41,636 bases of DNA from contig LWCA01000193.1 in the NCBI GenBank assembly GCA_001642005.1, positions 1 through 41,636 of the forward strand. Direction: 5' to 3'. Below, one piece after another: positions 12,714 through 26,495 of the stretch. The translations under genes were made by a program, and so were the position numbers. How positions within the stretch are numbered: the stretch's first letter is position 1; the number at the start of each line of letters is the position of its first letter. The notes beneath the pieces are model-generated. The model had not been told where the DNA came from and did no database searches. It saw nothing but the letters and a program-made list of their open reading frames with translations. Origin of the DNA: Intoshia linei. Its lineage: Eukaryota > Animalia > Orthonectida.

Positions 12714-14337
12714 TTAGATTAAATTTATTCGCTGTTCTCTCATTTTCCAATATTCTTCCATGTATTTTGTTATTTCCGTCTTTTTCTTTACGTGGTGAAA
12801 ACGCACGTCTCCTTTTTTATTGTTAGCATTCTCCTATAAAATTGTAGTTAGAATCTATACATGTAGTTATGTGGCATAAAAATATGCGTCTTTGTTATGA
12901 TCGTATCACTTAGTACTATTATTTTAAGTGCATGAGTTAGCAAGAAAACGGTGGGTCATATTATGTATCTAGACTGTGGTTCTCGGTTTGGGATACAAAA
13001 CTGTCTGGGTCTGTGAGATTCGAATAACATTTTTATCAACTTTTCAACAATTATTAATATTTATTACATTATTGCCAAATTTTTGGAATTTACCCAAACA
13101 GTGGCGACTCTGGCTAATCCGAGATCACTCAGGCTAAAATTTCAATGACAACCACACATTTTTTTTCAAATTATATTGAAAATAATAATTATCAAAAAAA
13201 AAATTTACAAATAAGAAGTAATTATAAACTAAATCTGAAAATTATAAATAGAAAATGAAGATTGAAGTTTTTTGTAATGATATTTAAAATTGATATAAAT
13301 AATTTCTGATAAAATATTTAAAGTTCTCTGGATCAGTTGTTCCCAAACATATTTTGTGTACCGGCCACTTTTGAATCATATATTTTGTCAACTCCCCCAA
13401 AATATTTGTATCCCTTTTTAAAGATTAAAATTCATTTATAATAACTTACAATGTAAAATAATAAATTAAAAGAATCAGCGTTAAATTTTATAATTTATCA
13501 CCGGTCCCCCGTGAAAAAAGAGTGGCATCCCTGAAATTGAATAAATGTTAATAATTATAATATATCGCTTACTTTGGGAAGATAAACCTTTGCAATATTT
13601 TATTTTTTTATAATTATTTAATATGATACACCAGTTGTAAACCACACGTGAAATGTTTCAACTTACTAATAGATGAGGTATCCAACCAATTTCTTGTGCT
13701 TCTGTTTGGGGTCTAGTATACTTTTTGATGGGCTCCAAACTGGCTCGACACAGCATATTTAAATATTTATCTAAAATAATACATACATTTCAATAATACA
13801 GTTATAAACGACTTTTCCTCAACATTTACCCACACTTCAATAAATTTTTCAATACTTCAAAACTTAATTATGTGAATATTACTTAACTGAAACAATGGTC
13901 TCAAAATTCGACCATTTCATCAATTCTATATTTTGGATATAAGTCGGATTATTTAATGAATGGATGAAAGTTAAATCTGATTTAAATAATAATATTTATT
14001 TTACCATCTTCTTTGTATGACGCATCTGGTAATATATTTGGTTTAGCAGTAATGCCAATATTTCCTAAATAATAAAAACTTTTATGGGCACATATGGAAT
14101 TATACAGTAATAAGTCTAAGTGTATAAGAAAACAACAAGGTACATATGAATCTCGTTGATATTTATTATTAATAAAAATTTTAAATCTAATTTACATTGT
14201 TAATAAAATATTTAATTACGATTTGAAAGTGGATTGATGTTATAAGTTGTATATAAACGATGGTGCTTGTTTTCCTTTTTTATTGTTTCACAAATTATTG
14301 CATTTTGTGCGACTAAATCTGATTTGTTGTTACTCAT
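12714..14337 (-). CDS. CFAP144: FAM183/CFAP144 ciliary microtubule inner protein, 4 exons
   Basis: MSNNKSDLVAQNAIICETIKKE...YNINP...ITAKP...EPIKKYTRPQTEAQEIGW...TEITKYMEEYW. Confidence 0.85.
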
Positions 14338-14978
14338 TTTTGATTTCTGATTTAACTGTTGATATTCACCAAGTAATTTTTATAATATAGGTGGAATGTA
14401 ATTTTACCACGTATATTAATATTAACATTAAGAAAATATTCTCTTAGTTAATTTTAGTTAGTTAGAAATTAGTTGATACATTCACTTTTTTAGAAAGATG
14501 CTTTGTATTTTTCTTTTTTATACTTGCTATTGCACCTTATAAATGTTAAAATGTATGTTACAGAAAATATGGGTTAATTATAGCATCAGAATGCGGTTAT
14601 TTCTCTTGTACGTCAATTATTAATTATATTATCGACTTATTTCGGATAACTGAATCAGTCACCATAAAATTATTATAAGAAAATGTTAAATCTTTTTTTC
14701 TTTCTTTTGCATCATTTGTTTAAAAAATATTCGCAAATTTACCTACAAAAATAAATATTTCTTCCGAGGTTTAATTATCAAAATTTTATATTTTTAGAAA
14801 ATTGTTAATAAAAAGTTTAATTTACCTCCCAAATAGATTTTATTCAAATTAATGTTACTTTTTATTTTTCAAAGCATTTATTAAAAAATTTTGAATGAAT
14901 CTCTAATTTAACGCCTACATTTATTTACTCATAACTATTAACTGCAAATTTTTTACAGTACCATTTTTTAATCTTATA

Positions 14979-15250
14979 CAGTAGAATCTCCATAATCTAA
15001 AGTCCCATTTTGATTCAATACAAGGAATTCTTCAACTACAATGATTATTTACAATTTTTAATTTGACGTTTTTATGACTCTAATAAAAATAAATAAATAT
15101 ACATTTATTCCAAATAACTTTTACCAGCAGCTAAATCATTACATATGGAATATCCAACACCGATACGATTTAATTCTCTATATATAAGCTTAAATGGGCC
15201 TTGTTCAGTTTAAGCCCGTAAAATGAAGTTTAGAAAATGGAAATTTTTTG
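14979..15250. mobile_element. Degenerate pogo/Tigger-like MITE
   Basis: TA + CAGTAGAATCTCCATAATCTAAA, with a decayed inverted copy ending near 15250. Confidence 0.4.
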
Positions 15251-15529
15251 TCAAATTTGAAAAAAAATTATTTATTTATTATTATGCAGTTGGTACCCCT
15301 AAACTAAAATAAATATAATTTGGTACCCCATAATAATTTATGTTTATTGTAACTATGATACCATATGAATTAAAAAAATCAGATAAAATAAATATGTAGT
15401 TAAACTAAATACTTCATCAAAAATAGATACATAAATGTATTATGAAATTTTAAAAATATTTATAATTTGTGAATCATAGGATGAGACGATTTTAAAAGTT
15501 CCATATTTCTATTACAGTTTTTCGAGTGG

Positions 15530-15722
15530 TTATATCGCTAATTTCATTTTCAGAAATTGAATCCTTCAAAGTCAAAAACTCCATTTTCCTTTTTTTTAAA
15601 TTCAATCCCGTCCCAGAATTATAAAAAATACATATTCTGATAAAGTTTTAACTTCATATTATGATACTTTTAAATTTCAAAATCTTAGATTTTAACGGCC
15701 AAAACCAGAAATTACCATTTTA
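15530..15722 (-). repeat. Dispersed repeat, also at about 41050-41250 (+) and partly 36690-36780
   Basis: Shared blocks GGTTTTGGCCGT...AAGAT..TGAAAT and AATTTCTGAAAATGAAAT. Confidence 0.65.
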
Positions 15723-16391
15723 TGTAAAAATTTATACAACATAAATTCTGAAATAGTTTATAAAATCATAAGCATTATGATAAATGGTTACATCAAAAAA
15801 GATGATTTTCACAATAAAAACCCCACATTACTGTTTTTAAAAAATTAAAACTGCCCTAGAATTTTTTTAAAATTACAGATGATAACTATATTCTGTTAAC
15901 ACACAAAAAATTTTAATGTGACAAAGTGACGCTTTCACGATCAAAAAAGTAGCTAATAATCATTTCGAAACAATATTTGAATACTGATTATGCCACCAAA
16001 ACAAATTAAAGTCTTGATGAAACTAAAGACTAAAATAATTTCTGACCTGTCAAATCATGTTAACTTCTGGAGTAGATACATTAATTATTTCATTTTATAA
16101 TCTCAAAAGTCTTGATTTATGATAGACACAAAAGTTTTGTGGTTGTATTTTATATCTACTCGCCGATTTAAATTTTTTTCACATTACATTATTCCTAGCC
16201 ATTTGGCCCATGTCTCTTTCTTAATTTCAACATAAAATCATAAATTTCTACTACGTTTATCCCTCATAGAATTACATTATATTATAATATTATATAAATT
16301 ATAATTTATTAGATTTATACATATGTATAGCAATTAAAAATCCATTTTTCATTGTTTACGTCTGTCATAACTACTTTCATACATAATCATA

Positions 16392-17201
16392 ATGAATAAG
16401 AAAAAGGCAGGTGGAAAAAAGAAAAAGAAAGGTATTATCTATGCTTGACTCCAGTGAAAACAAATTTTTAGACCCGGAAGGTATTGAAGTGTTGCACCGT
16501 CAAACAGTCGACGAATTAAACTTGTTAAAAACAAAATATGGTAATAATAAATATTCCTTATATGAATAATAAATTAGACTACAAAAACCTACAAGTAAAA
16601 TCAGCCGAAATAGCAAGGTCTAAAAGTGCATTTTGCTTAAAAAGAATAAACAAAAAACTAGAAATAAGAGAAGACGATTTTAAGCACATTTTAACAGGTA
16701 ATATTAATTTTCATATTTATAAAATTGAATTGAGTAAATAAATAATTTGAAACAAAAACTAATTTTAGACATGACACGCCAATACAAAACCATGAAAATG
16801 GACCTACAAAGAAAAAACGATCAACTAGCCAAAAATTTATCAACTGTAGAAAAAGAATTGGGTAATTTAAATTTTAATATTCAATTTATCAAAATTTAGA
16901 AGAAAAAAAAAATGAAATTAAAAATTTAAAAATGCAACACCAAAACATTACATTACAAAAAGATGAAAATATCCAAAAATTAAAAATTGAAATAAACCAA
17001 GTGGATATGGGCTTTGGATCAATCATTAGGGTAAAATGTATAATATGAAAATAGCTAAACTCTTAATAGGAATGCTTGGACACTTTAATTTGCAGAGTAA
17101 AAGAGAAAGATGAAGACTGGAGTAAAATTGGAGACAAAATAACGAATGAGAATAAGGAAACTTTATCAAAATTCGGAATAGACTTGAATTTCACTCATTA
17201 A
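16392..17201 (+). CDS. CCDC153: CCDC153 / dynein regulatory complex subunit 12, 6 exons
   Basis: Lys-rich N-terminus MNKKKAGGKKKKK, coiled coil, DMTRQYKTM motif and C-terminal LSKFGI. Confidence 0.8.
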
Positions 17202-17782
17202 CAATAAAAACACAAATATCACGTGTTTAATGTTACATTTTATTGCAATGTAAAATATAAATAAAAACATGATCTGCATTCTTTTATTCATAATAAATGA
17301 TTCATAGCAGGAATAATCAACTAAAAAATACCAAAAGAACGCACTTGTTGAAGTAATTGTTCAAGCTACTCAAATGACCAAAATAAATATTTTTGAACGT
17401 TGAAAGCATCTGGAGGTAATTAAATCATAAACACGCAACAGAGTTTAAAATTTCCCATTTACGTACAACAGTCTTACCCTACAAACTATTGTATTATATT
17501 GAAAAGAATTCCTAAAATTAAAAATTTAACAACCTACTGACAATGCCATATTTTAAATTTTTTGTCTAGGATTTCATTATATAGTATAAATGACGTTTAT
17601 AGTCTCAATTATAAATTGCGCATTTAATTTAAATCAATATTTTGACTATTTCATATAACAAAATATTTCCAATTTTTTTTAAAAAGTAGAGTATATTTGC
17701 GAAACTAAAGTAATGTTGATACATAGAATTTGTATCACAGTTATCTTTAGTTATCACACGTGTACCGTAAAATATATACAAT

Positions 17783-20700
17783 TTATTCTTTTTTAAATTT
17801 TGATTTGAAATACTGCTTTTTGCGGTTTTTAGCATTGTCTAATCTTTTTAGGGCCATTTTGTCGGCTTCCATTTGAGCTGGGGTTCTGTGAGCAATTTTT
17901 TCTTTGTTGAGTTTGTTTTGGTTAGATTCCAACATTCTCATCATACCGACAAGTCTGTCAATTTTTGTTTTTGGTTTGAAACAAATATTTAATTCTTTAG
18001 GTTTTGATTCCATTCTTCGACGTTTCATGGAATACGGTAGTTGTTTTTCTAGTTTGGATGGTAAAATCACTTTTTTAGGCTTCTTTTCGTTTCTAATAAT
18101 TGGTGTATATTCTGAATCGGGATTCTTTACAATGATTTGACCCATTTCGGCCTTGATATCACGAATTTGTCGTATTCCCAACCATTGGGATCTTTCCATA
18201 GAATTTAAAAGTAAATTTGGTACGATTGTATTAAATTTCGCTATATCTACTCTTATCCAGGTTCTTATAAAAACAATATCACTCATTACCAATTTGTCCT
18301 CAAAGGTAGCTCTAATAACACCGTTTTTGTTCAACACAATTTTTTTCACGCAGCCTCGGATTCCACTAACAGATCGAATGGTAGAACCTTCAAATTTCGC
18401 GGCTTCAGTTTCAGAATTGAACATACCATCAATGAAGGCTGTTTTTTTAAATATTTTACTAGGATGGCCCACTAATTTCAACTTTTTCACTACATTCGGT
18501 AAACTCACGTTTCCCAAAACAACTCCAGTGGCAGCTATACGGAATCTATTCGTTTTCTTATCATCTGACACGGATTGAATACCCACAACACCCATTTCTT
18601 TGTTGATACAATTTGTCCAACAATAACCCATGCAGTGCATATATTGTGGGGTATATTTCAATAATCTATGTCGTCCATTATCATCAGTTGTTGCGTAAAA
18701 TGGAATTGTTTGAACTCGTCTCCAGCCTATACTCAATATTAGCGGATCTCCGTTTTTTAAAGTTTTACCAAACCATCTATGCCGTTTTATGCGGATTTGT
18801 ACATATGAACTATTCATTTCATTAGTCAACAGACAACCCACAATACACGGATAATTAGTATCAAGATTTTTCATAAATTCAATAGGTACATTATCAATTG
18901 TAACTTTTACATAGTCACCCACATTACTACCATCGTAAACATTTTTCTGTTCATTTGCAAATTCAATTTTATCCATTTCTTTTTTATTTTCGATCAATTT
19001 TTTCCAATTTTGATACACTTCATCTGTATTTCCTTTGTCAACCATTTTATTTCTGTCGTATGTTACATTGAACGCCATCTTGCGTTTAATTTTTTTTTTT
19101 ATATTTTTTTCCCTTTCCGTCAAATTTTCATCGTCTTCGCTTTCACTTATTTTATCATCCATTTCCACATCTTTTACTTCATTGTTCTGATTAGTGGAGT
19201 CCTTTTCCAACAACTTATCAGCATCTTCATCTGAATCCCATTCTCCTGTCATGAAACAGTTTCCCAGTTCATTAAAATTAAATCTAGCTTTATAAATTTG
19301 TTCGTATTGAGAAGGGTAATTTATTCTATTAACACTATCACCTGCTGCAAACGGAACCGTTTCCAAAGAACTATACACAAATTCTTCCAATTCTCCATTC
19401 AAATTACTAGAATCCACTTTATCTGTGTTATTATTTTTATGCTCAAATTTGAAATTTTTTTTTTTTATGTCATTGTCGGAATCAGAAATTAAAGCTTCAT
19501 CTGCATCTGATTCTGAGTCGGAATCTTCAAATGCATATTTTTCTTTTTTTTCAGATTCCGATTCAATCTTTACATCATCAAGTGACATTTTTTCATCGCT
19601 TTCACTTTCTATTCCAGATTCAGAAAAATTTTCATCATCGCCAAAAATGTCACATTTTTCTTCAGGCAAAATATCCAATAAGTTTACATTTTGTTCATTG
19701 TTTCCAGATATTTTCTAAAATAAAAAATCAAATTATTATTTTATAATTGCTTCCCAAAGACCCATATCAAGTTCTAAATGAGTTCATTATGACCCATGAG
19801 AGAATTGCATACTTATTAAAAACGATATAATATTTTTAAAATGCTTAAATTCTAGAAATCTCAAATACATCATCGAAAAATTAGGAAAAATTTGTTTCAC
19901 TAAAAAAGAATATCCACCAAATCCAAAAAAATTATATAAATAAAAATGTTTATCGATTCAAAATGTAATTAACCTGTGGGTGCTGTTTTATGAAAATTTG
20001 TTAACAAATTGTAAATAAATTAACAATGTAAATTAAAAATTATGAAAAGTTTATAAAATTACTTCATAATCTCCCATTGGAACATAAACGGCATGGTCAT
20101 CATCAATAGTTACTCCACCAAATCCAGACATCGGAGCATAAATTATACGTTCCTTTTCCATCAAAGTACGACATTTTCGGATAGATGGTGCAGCACATGG
20201 ATCATTTAAATTAGAAATATGAGCAATTTTATAATCACCGCATCCTAAATATATAGATACAAAGTGTTTTAATTTTACTCAAACCCACACGATATAATTT
20301 TAACATTAACATTATCACATGTAAATTCGTGATTCGCAACGTCATCCAGAGTAAAAACATCGAAAAAAGCAGATGTAAAAAATCAAATTCTTAATATAAT
20401 TAAACTGTTACCAAAGTGCTTCAAAGTTCTACCAAACTATGAGCCCTGGGTTCATAGAAAATATATTATTATACAAAACAATTTCTTTCCACTGGGTGCT
20501 AAAAACACAATGTCGATACAGAAAAAAGGTTTTGGCGAGATCCGTTATAAGTAATCAATTGGAAACCTAGCTTTGAAGATATGCAATCACTTTTAGACGC
20601 GTTACCGAGATGCAGTTTTATACTCTTTATTGTACAATACGAATATAAATGAAAATAATAATACCAGGTATATGGATGTCAGTATTTTGTGACATGTGAG

Positions 20701-23520
20701 TTCCTCTAACATACCCATAAACGCAAATTTTTACGGTTCCATCTTCATTTTGTGATTTTTCAAGTTTACAATTTGCATATTCTATTCTAAATAAATCCAA
20801 TGTAATACACTTTTAGTATTATGATAATTAGGACAATTTTATACACCAGAGGTTTACAATGTAAACCAAATTTAGATATTTAGAATATATATTTAAATTT
20901 AGACATTCTCAAAGGGGTCCACAGCAGTTTTTTAAGGTCCATGAAAATTATATACATTTTCAGTAACATAAAGGCTCAGAAATACTAATATAAAACGTGC
21001 AAAGCATGTAAAATTAAATTCTTTGGTATTAAATTAAATTACTTACAAGTGTAAAAACTTCATGGGAAACGTCCATTGTTCTATTTTAAGAGCAGCGGTA
21101 TTATTTAATTATTTTATTAAAATTTATAAGTGAACCAAGTTAAATTTCATATTGAAAATGAAACAAAAAATCAGTCAATATTCATGATTCTATGAAACAT
21201 CAACATAGGGATATAAAATATTAATTCTTCACAGGGAAAATAGATAATATAAACTTTTTATTGACCTGATAAAATATGTAGTAATCAATTAATAATGTAT
21301 TGTAAACAATACCTGAAAAACATGTTCCATTTTGGGAACATTGACGGGTTAAAGGTTAATATTAATAGTTCATCAAGTTTATCATATCGCAATAGAGTAC
21401 TCCATGTCTTTTGACCATCATTAGTTTCACCCAAATGTAATGATTCATTAAAAATTGTCATTATTTTTAATTTTTTTAGGGTCAACAGGTTTTTTGTAAT
21501 ATCATCTTAGAGTCCACAGCGAAAAAAAGTTGATAATTCCTGGTTTACATTGTAATAATTGTACAACCTTATGATAGTAACGGGTCGGATGTTAGATTCT
21601 TATAATTTGGTGGGTCGCACACATTAAAAATTTATTACTGACGGTTAGTATTTAGTAAAATAATAGTGGATTAAAAAAGTAAAATCTATCAATACAAAAA
21701 ATGATGAATGCTAGATGAAATCAGTTCGCTGCCATTCCGGCCGACGGCTGGAAGTTTTCCATCTGTGTTATACACAATCGTAAGCAGAATATAAAAAGTA
21801 AAAAATAAATAATGATTTAAAGTATAACTTAAAACATTCACAGTGTAAGGCAAGGATGGCCAACCTACGGCGCACTAGCAATTTCGATGAATTAAAATTT
21901 GAATTGTGGGATAATTGAAAATAAAATTTTAAATTGTATGTAATATGCATTTTCTTTCAGTAATCCGTGGTAGTGGAAAAATAACCTGAACCATTTCCGA
22001 ATCTACTGGAAAATCCGTTCACATTATATTGGTTAATCTTTAATAAACAAAATAATCCTAATCATTGATTCACCAGAACTTTAATAATTTCTATTCACTT
22101 AATTAATTAATGATTTATGCTCTTAGTGACGCGTTTAAATCCATATGTTTGAAAACTGACAAAAAGACAACCATAAAAGTCTAATATTAATTAAGAACCA
22201 CAACACAGTATATCTGTATATTGTAAAAAAATTAAAATATATTATATATCTATATGTATAAATTCTAATAGTAGCGAGAGTTTCACAAAAAATTTTGGAG
22301 CATGTGAAATCGCATGATTAAAATGTGGCGCATAGTATGTAAAAGGTTGGCCTCCCCTGGTGTAAGGGAATACAGTATTCCTTGATATAAGTCACATTGA
22401 ATTTAATTTAAATTTTAAAATAATTTAGATGTTACAGTAATCGGGTTTAAATTATAGTTTATTTGTTACCCTTTTCTCTTCGATTTCGATGAAAACAATT
22501 TTTTCAAAATATGTTATTAGCAGTCGATAATTGTCATTAGGTAAAGTCAAATAAACTCAATCTTCTCGTAACTGTTATTTCCATAAATCGGTTTCATCAT
22601 TAATTTAAAAAAATTAACTTTAATTGTCCTAATCATTACAAACAATTAATTAAAACAAACCTATCGGCCAACAAATAAGAATGCGACAATTTCCAGGGCA
22701 TTGGTCTTAATTTTAAAGCATGAAAATATCGGGTCATTTTACCAATCTCATTTTTATTGTAATATCCCGTGACATTTCGATCAAAATTGAATAATTTCAT
22801 TCCCTATTTTGAAATATTAACATAACGAATATACATAAACAAAATGCATTTATAAGATTAATTGAAAAATAGGAAATAAGAAAACAACCCATCAAAATTA
22901 TAAATACACTTGTAGAATAAATGTAAATAAAATCATACATCATAAATTTCGGTCCAAAAGCGTTGCTTCATAGTTTTTTTAGTTTTCCTAGCCATGTGTA
23001 TACTATTAAATAAATCAAAATGTGTAAGTACTCCCAATATTCTTGGAAATCCATGAGTTTGACAAATATTTATGATTTCAAAAGATTCCATTTCGAATCC
23101 AATTCTAGCATTTACAACGGTAATAACTAAATCAGCAACTTTAATCAAGTCAATAATTGTACAAATATCATTATTGGATTCCATAAAAGTCAGTCGTTGT
23201 TTTTTCCCCGAAACTACAGTAACGGGTCCTTTAATATTGGTAATTTTTTCATTTGTATAATGTAAAAGTAAACTTTTCAAAAGAGTGGTCTTTCCACATT
23301 TAGAAGGTCCAGCGATTACAATTAATAGTGGAGGTTCTTGTTCAATGTCATGTTTGATTGGAATGTGTTTTCTGCTTTCTTGCATATCCATTGATCTAGC
23401 AATTCTTTTGCTAATTTTATTTACCGAATTAAAGGCATAAGCCTTTGGATTTTTGCCTTTTAAATCACGATTTACATTTTTAGATTTTTTGTTTTTTTGA
23501 AAGGTTTTTTTTTCTTGCAT
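17783..23520 (-). CDS. BMS1: Ribosome biogenesis GTPase BMS1, 5 exons
   Basis: Exons 23520-22939, 22803-22662, about 20787-20666, about 20245-20063 and 19714-17783. Motifs KNPKAYAF, GPSKCGKTTL, HGFPRILGVLTH, IYAPMSG, RLLKYTP and KFEGSTIRSVSGIRG. Confidence 0.96.
20847..21767. mobile_element. Nested hAT MITE complex in BMS1 intron 2
   Basis: Outer 8-bp direct repeat TTATACAC. The inner element (about 20900-21542) is closely similar to 29427-29902. Confidence 0.65.
21851..22359. mobile_element. hAT (Buster-type) MITE
   Basis: TIR CAAGGATGGCCAACCT / AGGTTGGCCTCCCCTG; perfect TSD GTGTAAGG. Confidence 0.85.
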
Positions 23521-23710
23521 TTTTAAATTTTAAATATACATGAACGATAATATATTGGTTTCTTAGACATGTGAAATAAACAAAGTTCAAATCAATTATC
23601 AAAACTAAAAATTATATAATTTAAATTAAACTGCTATTGGGGTGGACTCTAATATAATTTTATTTTCCATTTTGTATTGTCAGTGTTATAGTCCACACTA
23701 TTTATTCATT
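23521..23710. promoter_or_regulatory. Putative bidirectional promoter, BMS1/PHAX
   Basis: 190 bp between divergent ATGs. Confidence 0.55.
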
Positions 23711-26043
23711 ATGGATGAATTGTCCTGCAAGCTAAAGAATGTTAAAATTGGTCAGCAAACGTCCAAGAGTAATTAATTTTATTTTAAATAGTGTAGTACA
23801 GATCTTTTAACATGAATTATCAGTGTTAAGTTAACACTAAGAGAATCTGAAACAACGTTTTGACGTTGCAGTTGGGCAAAAATCAAGATTTATTTTTTGA
23901 TTAGAGCGAGTCAAAATGTGAAACAATTTACAAGTCATGACTATATTTCTCTCAAAACTAGTTTTGTTTTTTACATAATATACAATTTAGATGTACCCAT
24001 GAAAAAGGAAAAATTTAAAAAACGTACAAAAAATACTAATTTTATCTCTAAATCAAATTTCGATAATTTGGAAAGTTTCGGCAACTTTCATCCTATTATT
24101 CGAAAAACTGTTTCAGTCACATTTAGTACCAGCATGCTTGATGTGCGCCATTCTCTTCAAGTTAGGGATGAAAAGGAAAAAGTTGTTAGAACTATAGCAA
24201 GACTTTTAAATGAAAGAAAAATTCCCATCATAGGTATTTATTCTATTAACATATGATTCTAATAATATTCATAACCACGCCAAAACATTCCCAAGTTAAG
24301 CGAGAGTCTGATTTAAATTTACACAGTATAAGGAACGGTGGTTACGTTTTCGCTGAGGACAAAATGACATGAAAAAAATTTGTTATATATTATTAATAAT
24401 AATATTATAATTTATTATATAAAGTATATGGTGCTCATTAGTTTCACATTCACATCTTTTTTCTTTATGAAATATTCATCAAGTGTTTTTTCCTTTGATG
24501 AAGTGGTTTACTGTATTTTTAAGATCAATTTACTTTGTTTAATAAATATTAAATTCCATCAACTAAATTTTCCTTTTAATACAGTCCATGTTCACAAAAT
24601 AATTTTAAATTTACCTTAAATATCCACAACTTATACTGCAATAAAGAATATTCTATGCAAATACATTTTATTCATTATTTTAAATTTGGAATTAATGTTC
24701 GCTGATGTAAATATTTAAAATATTTGCACCAAATTCTGAGTAAAAGTTTATTAAAATGTTGAATATTCATAGTAAATTAATATTATTACCTGTTGTAGCA
24801 TTTTGTATTGGCACATTTAAAATGAAAATCAATTCATTTTACAATTTTAATTTTGTACATTTTACATTAATTTATTAACAGATACATTTTTTATGTAATT
24901 ACATTATAGATAGAATATATGAAACCATTGGACCAACTCGATTGCTGGATTATTTTGATGATACTTTGGAAATTGAAAGAAATGGAGGAATGAAAACAAA
25001 TGTAATTTATTTTTTCATTTTTTGGTACCCTTATATTTTTACAAAAATGCTTTTTTTCCATCAAAAAATGTTAAGTAAAATTGTAATTATGTTGTATTAT
25101 TCCATATCTCAACAAAAAATGTATTTACATGTTAATTATATTTATATTTTAGTCTTTCAATTTACGCAGGTCTCCTGGAGGTGTTTTATTTTCGCTCATT
25201 AAGAATAGTGACCACATTTCGTCAGACGAGAAAAATTCGATATTTTTAATCGAAAAGCAAAGACACCAAAAAAATAAGAGGTAATCTTAAATTAAAAATC
25301 TTGACTTTTGTTCATGTTGGCATTAATTTTCAATGGTTTTTCCAATTATTCAAGCTTCTTTTTCAATTTGATAATCATCTTGATATTTGGGTGAAACTCC
25401 ATTAAAAATATTTTATAATTTATTATGTCACAGTCCCACTTTTACAACTTAGAATTAACAAAAATTTTTACTGGTCCATGACAACTATTTTTACGAAGTA
25501 GGTTAGTACATTTCATATGAGAATCACTGTTAAAACTATTTATTGTCTGTACGTCTAGTTCAAAGGAGGGGAAGCATTTACTGTTCAAGGCCGCACTAAC
25601 GTCCAAAAAAATTTAATCAAATAAAGCAGTGCTTTTCATGAGGGTGACTACTTACTCTAAGGGGTAAATACGAAAATTTTTAGAATATTTTATTCAGTTT
25701 AGTAAGATGTTATAAGAAAAAACCATAATTTTACCAACCCTTAAGGTAAAATTTTCGTTTATCAATATTTTTTTGAAAATTCCTTTATCTGATGTCAAAA
25801 GAAATATTCTAATTTTACCAAAAATTAATATTTTAAAAATAATTTAAATTGTTCAGAAGGCCGCACTTTCCCCACCTCTGGTCTAGTTGATACAACTTGA
25901 AGATGAAAATTTTAAATTAAGAATATCAAAATTTTTCATTTCGATAAAATTTAATTTAAATACATGTCTATTTTAGAATCAAACGCAATAGAAAAAAAAA
26001 TGAAAAATTGAAACCTTTTAATGTACCAAACAAACCAGAATGA
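23711..26043 (+). CDS. PHAX: Phosphorylated adaptor for RNA export, 5 exons
   Basis: Exons 23711-23768, 23991-24233, 24910-25001, 25153-25280 and 25977-26043. RNA-binding domain VVRTIARLLNERKIPIIDRIYETIG...TLEIERNGGMKT...RRSPGGVLFSLIK. Confidence 0.85.
25561..25880. mobile_element. hAT (Buster-type) MITE in PHAX intron
   Basis: TIR CAAAGGAGGGGAA / TTCCCCACCTCTG; perfect TSD GTCTAGTT. Confidence 0.85.
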
Positions 26044-26495
26044 AAATTATTAAATTTGTTATATTTATAGTGTACATATTACAGGAATTGCAAGCTTCAA
26101 AATCACACGTATATATACAACTTCGATATTTTCTGTCGTGATCACGTAAGGTAATGTATTTACAAATGTTGTATCGATCACTGTATGAACAATATCTTTT
26201 GGTGCTTACAATACCTTTAAAAAATTTAAATTTTTTGAACCAAAAAAATAGATACCACTAGAATAACCGATTTCTTTAATACAATAAGAATCCGTTTCCA
26301 ATGGGCATTTTGTGGGTAGTATTGATTTGCTAAAATCTTGGCTATTGCATCCTAAATCTTTTATTGAATCGCATTGATAACATTCCAGAGAAAATACGTC
26401 TAATTATAGTTTATATTTTAGTCGTTTAATTTTTTATTAATTTCATTACCTATTTTTAATGCAAAGAAAATTACAATTAGATGCAACTTTTTCAT
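26018..26495 (-). CDS. Ly6/uPAR three-finger protein, boudin/quiver-like, 3 exons
   Basis: Signal peptide MKKLHLIVIFFALKI, then LECYQCDS, YCIK, TKRYCS, YRSCIYTCDFEACN and a hydrophobic GPI-type tail. Confidence 0.85.

Noticed and set aside
14400-16300. Possible minus-strand gene
   Set aside because: Frames are repeatedly interrupted by stops and overlap repeat remnants; no coherent spliced product was found.
17904-19746. Several plus-strand ORFs
   Set aside because: Antisense shadows of the large BMS1 exon.
24400-25540. Nested antisense gene in PHAX introns
   Set aside because: Only short stop-interrupted frames, with no consistent splice structure.
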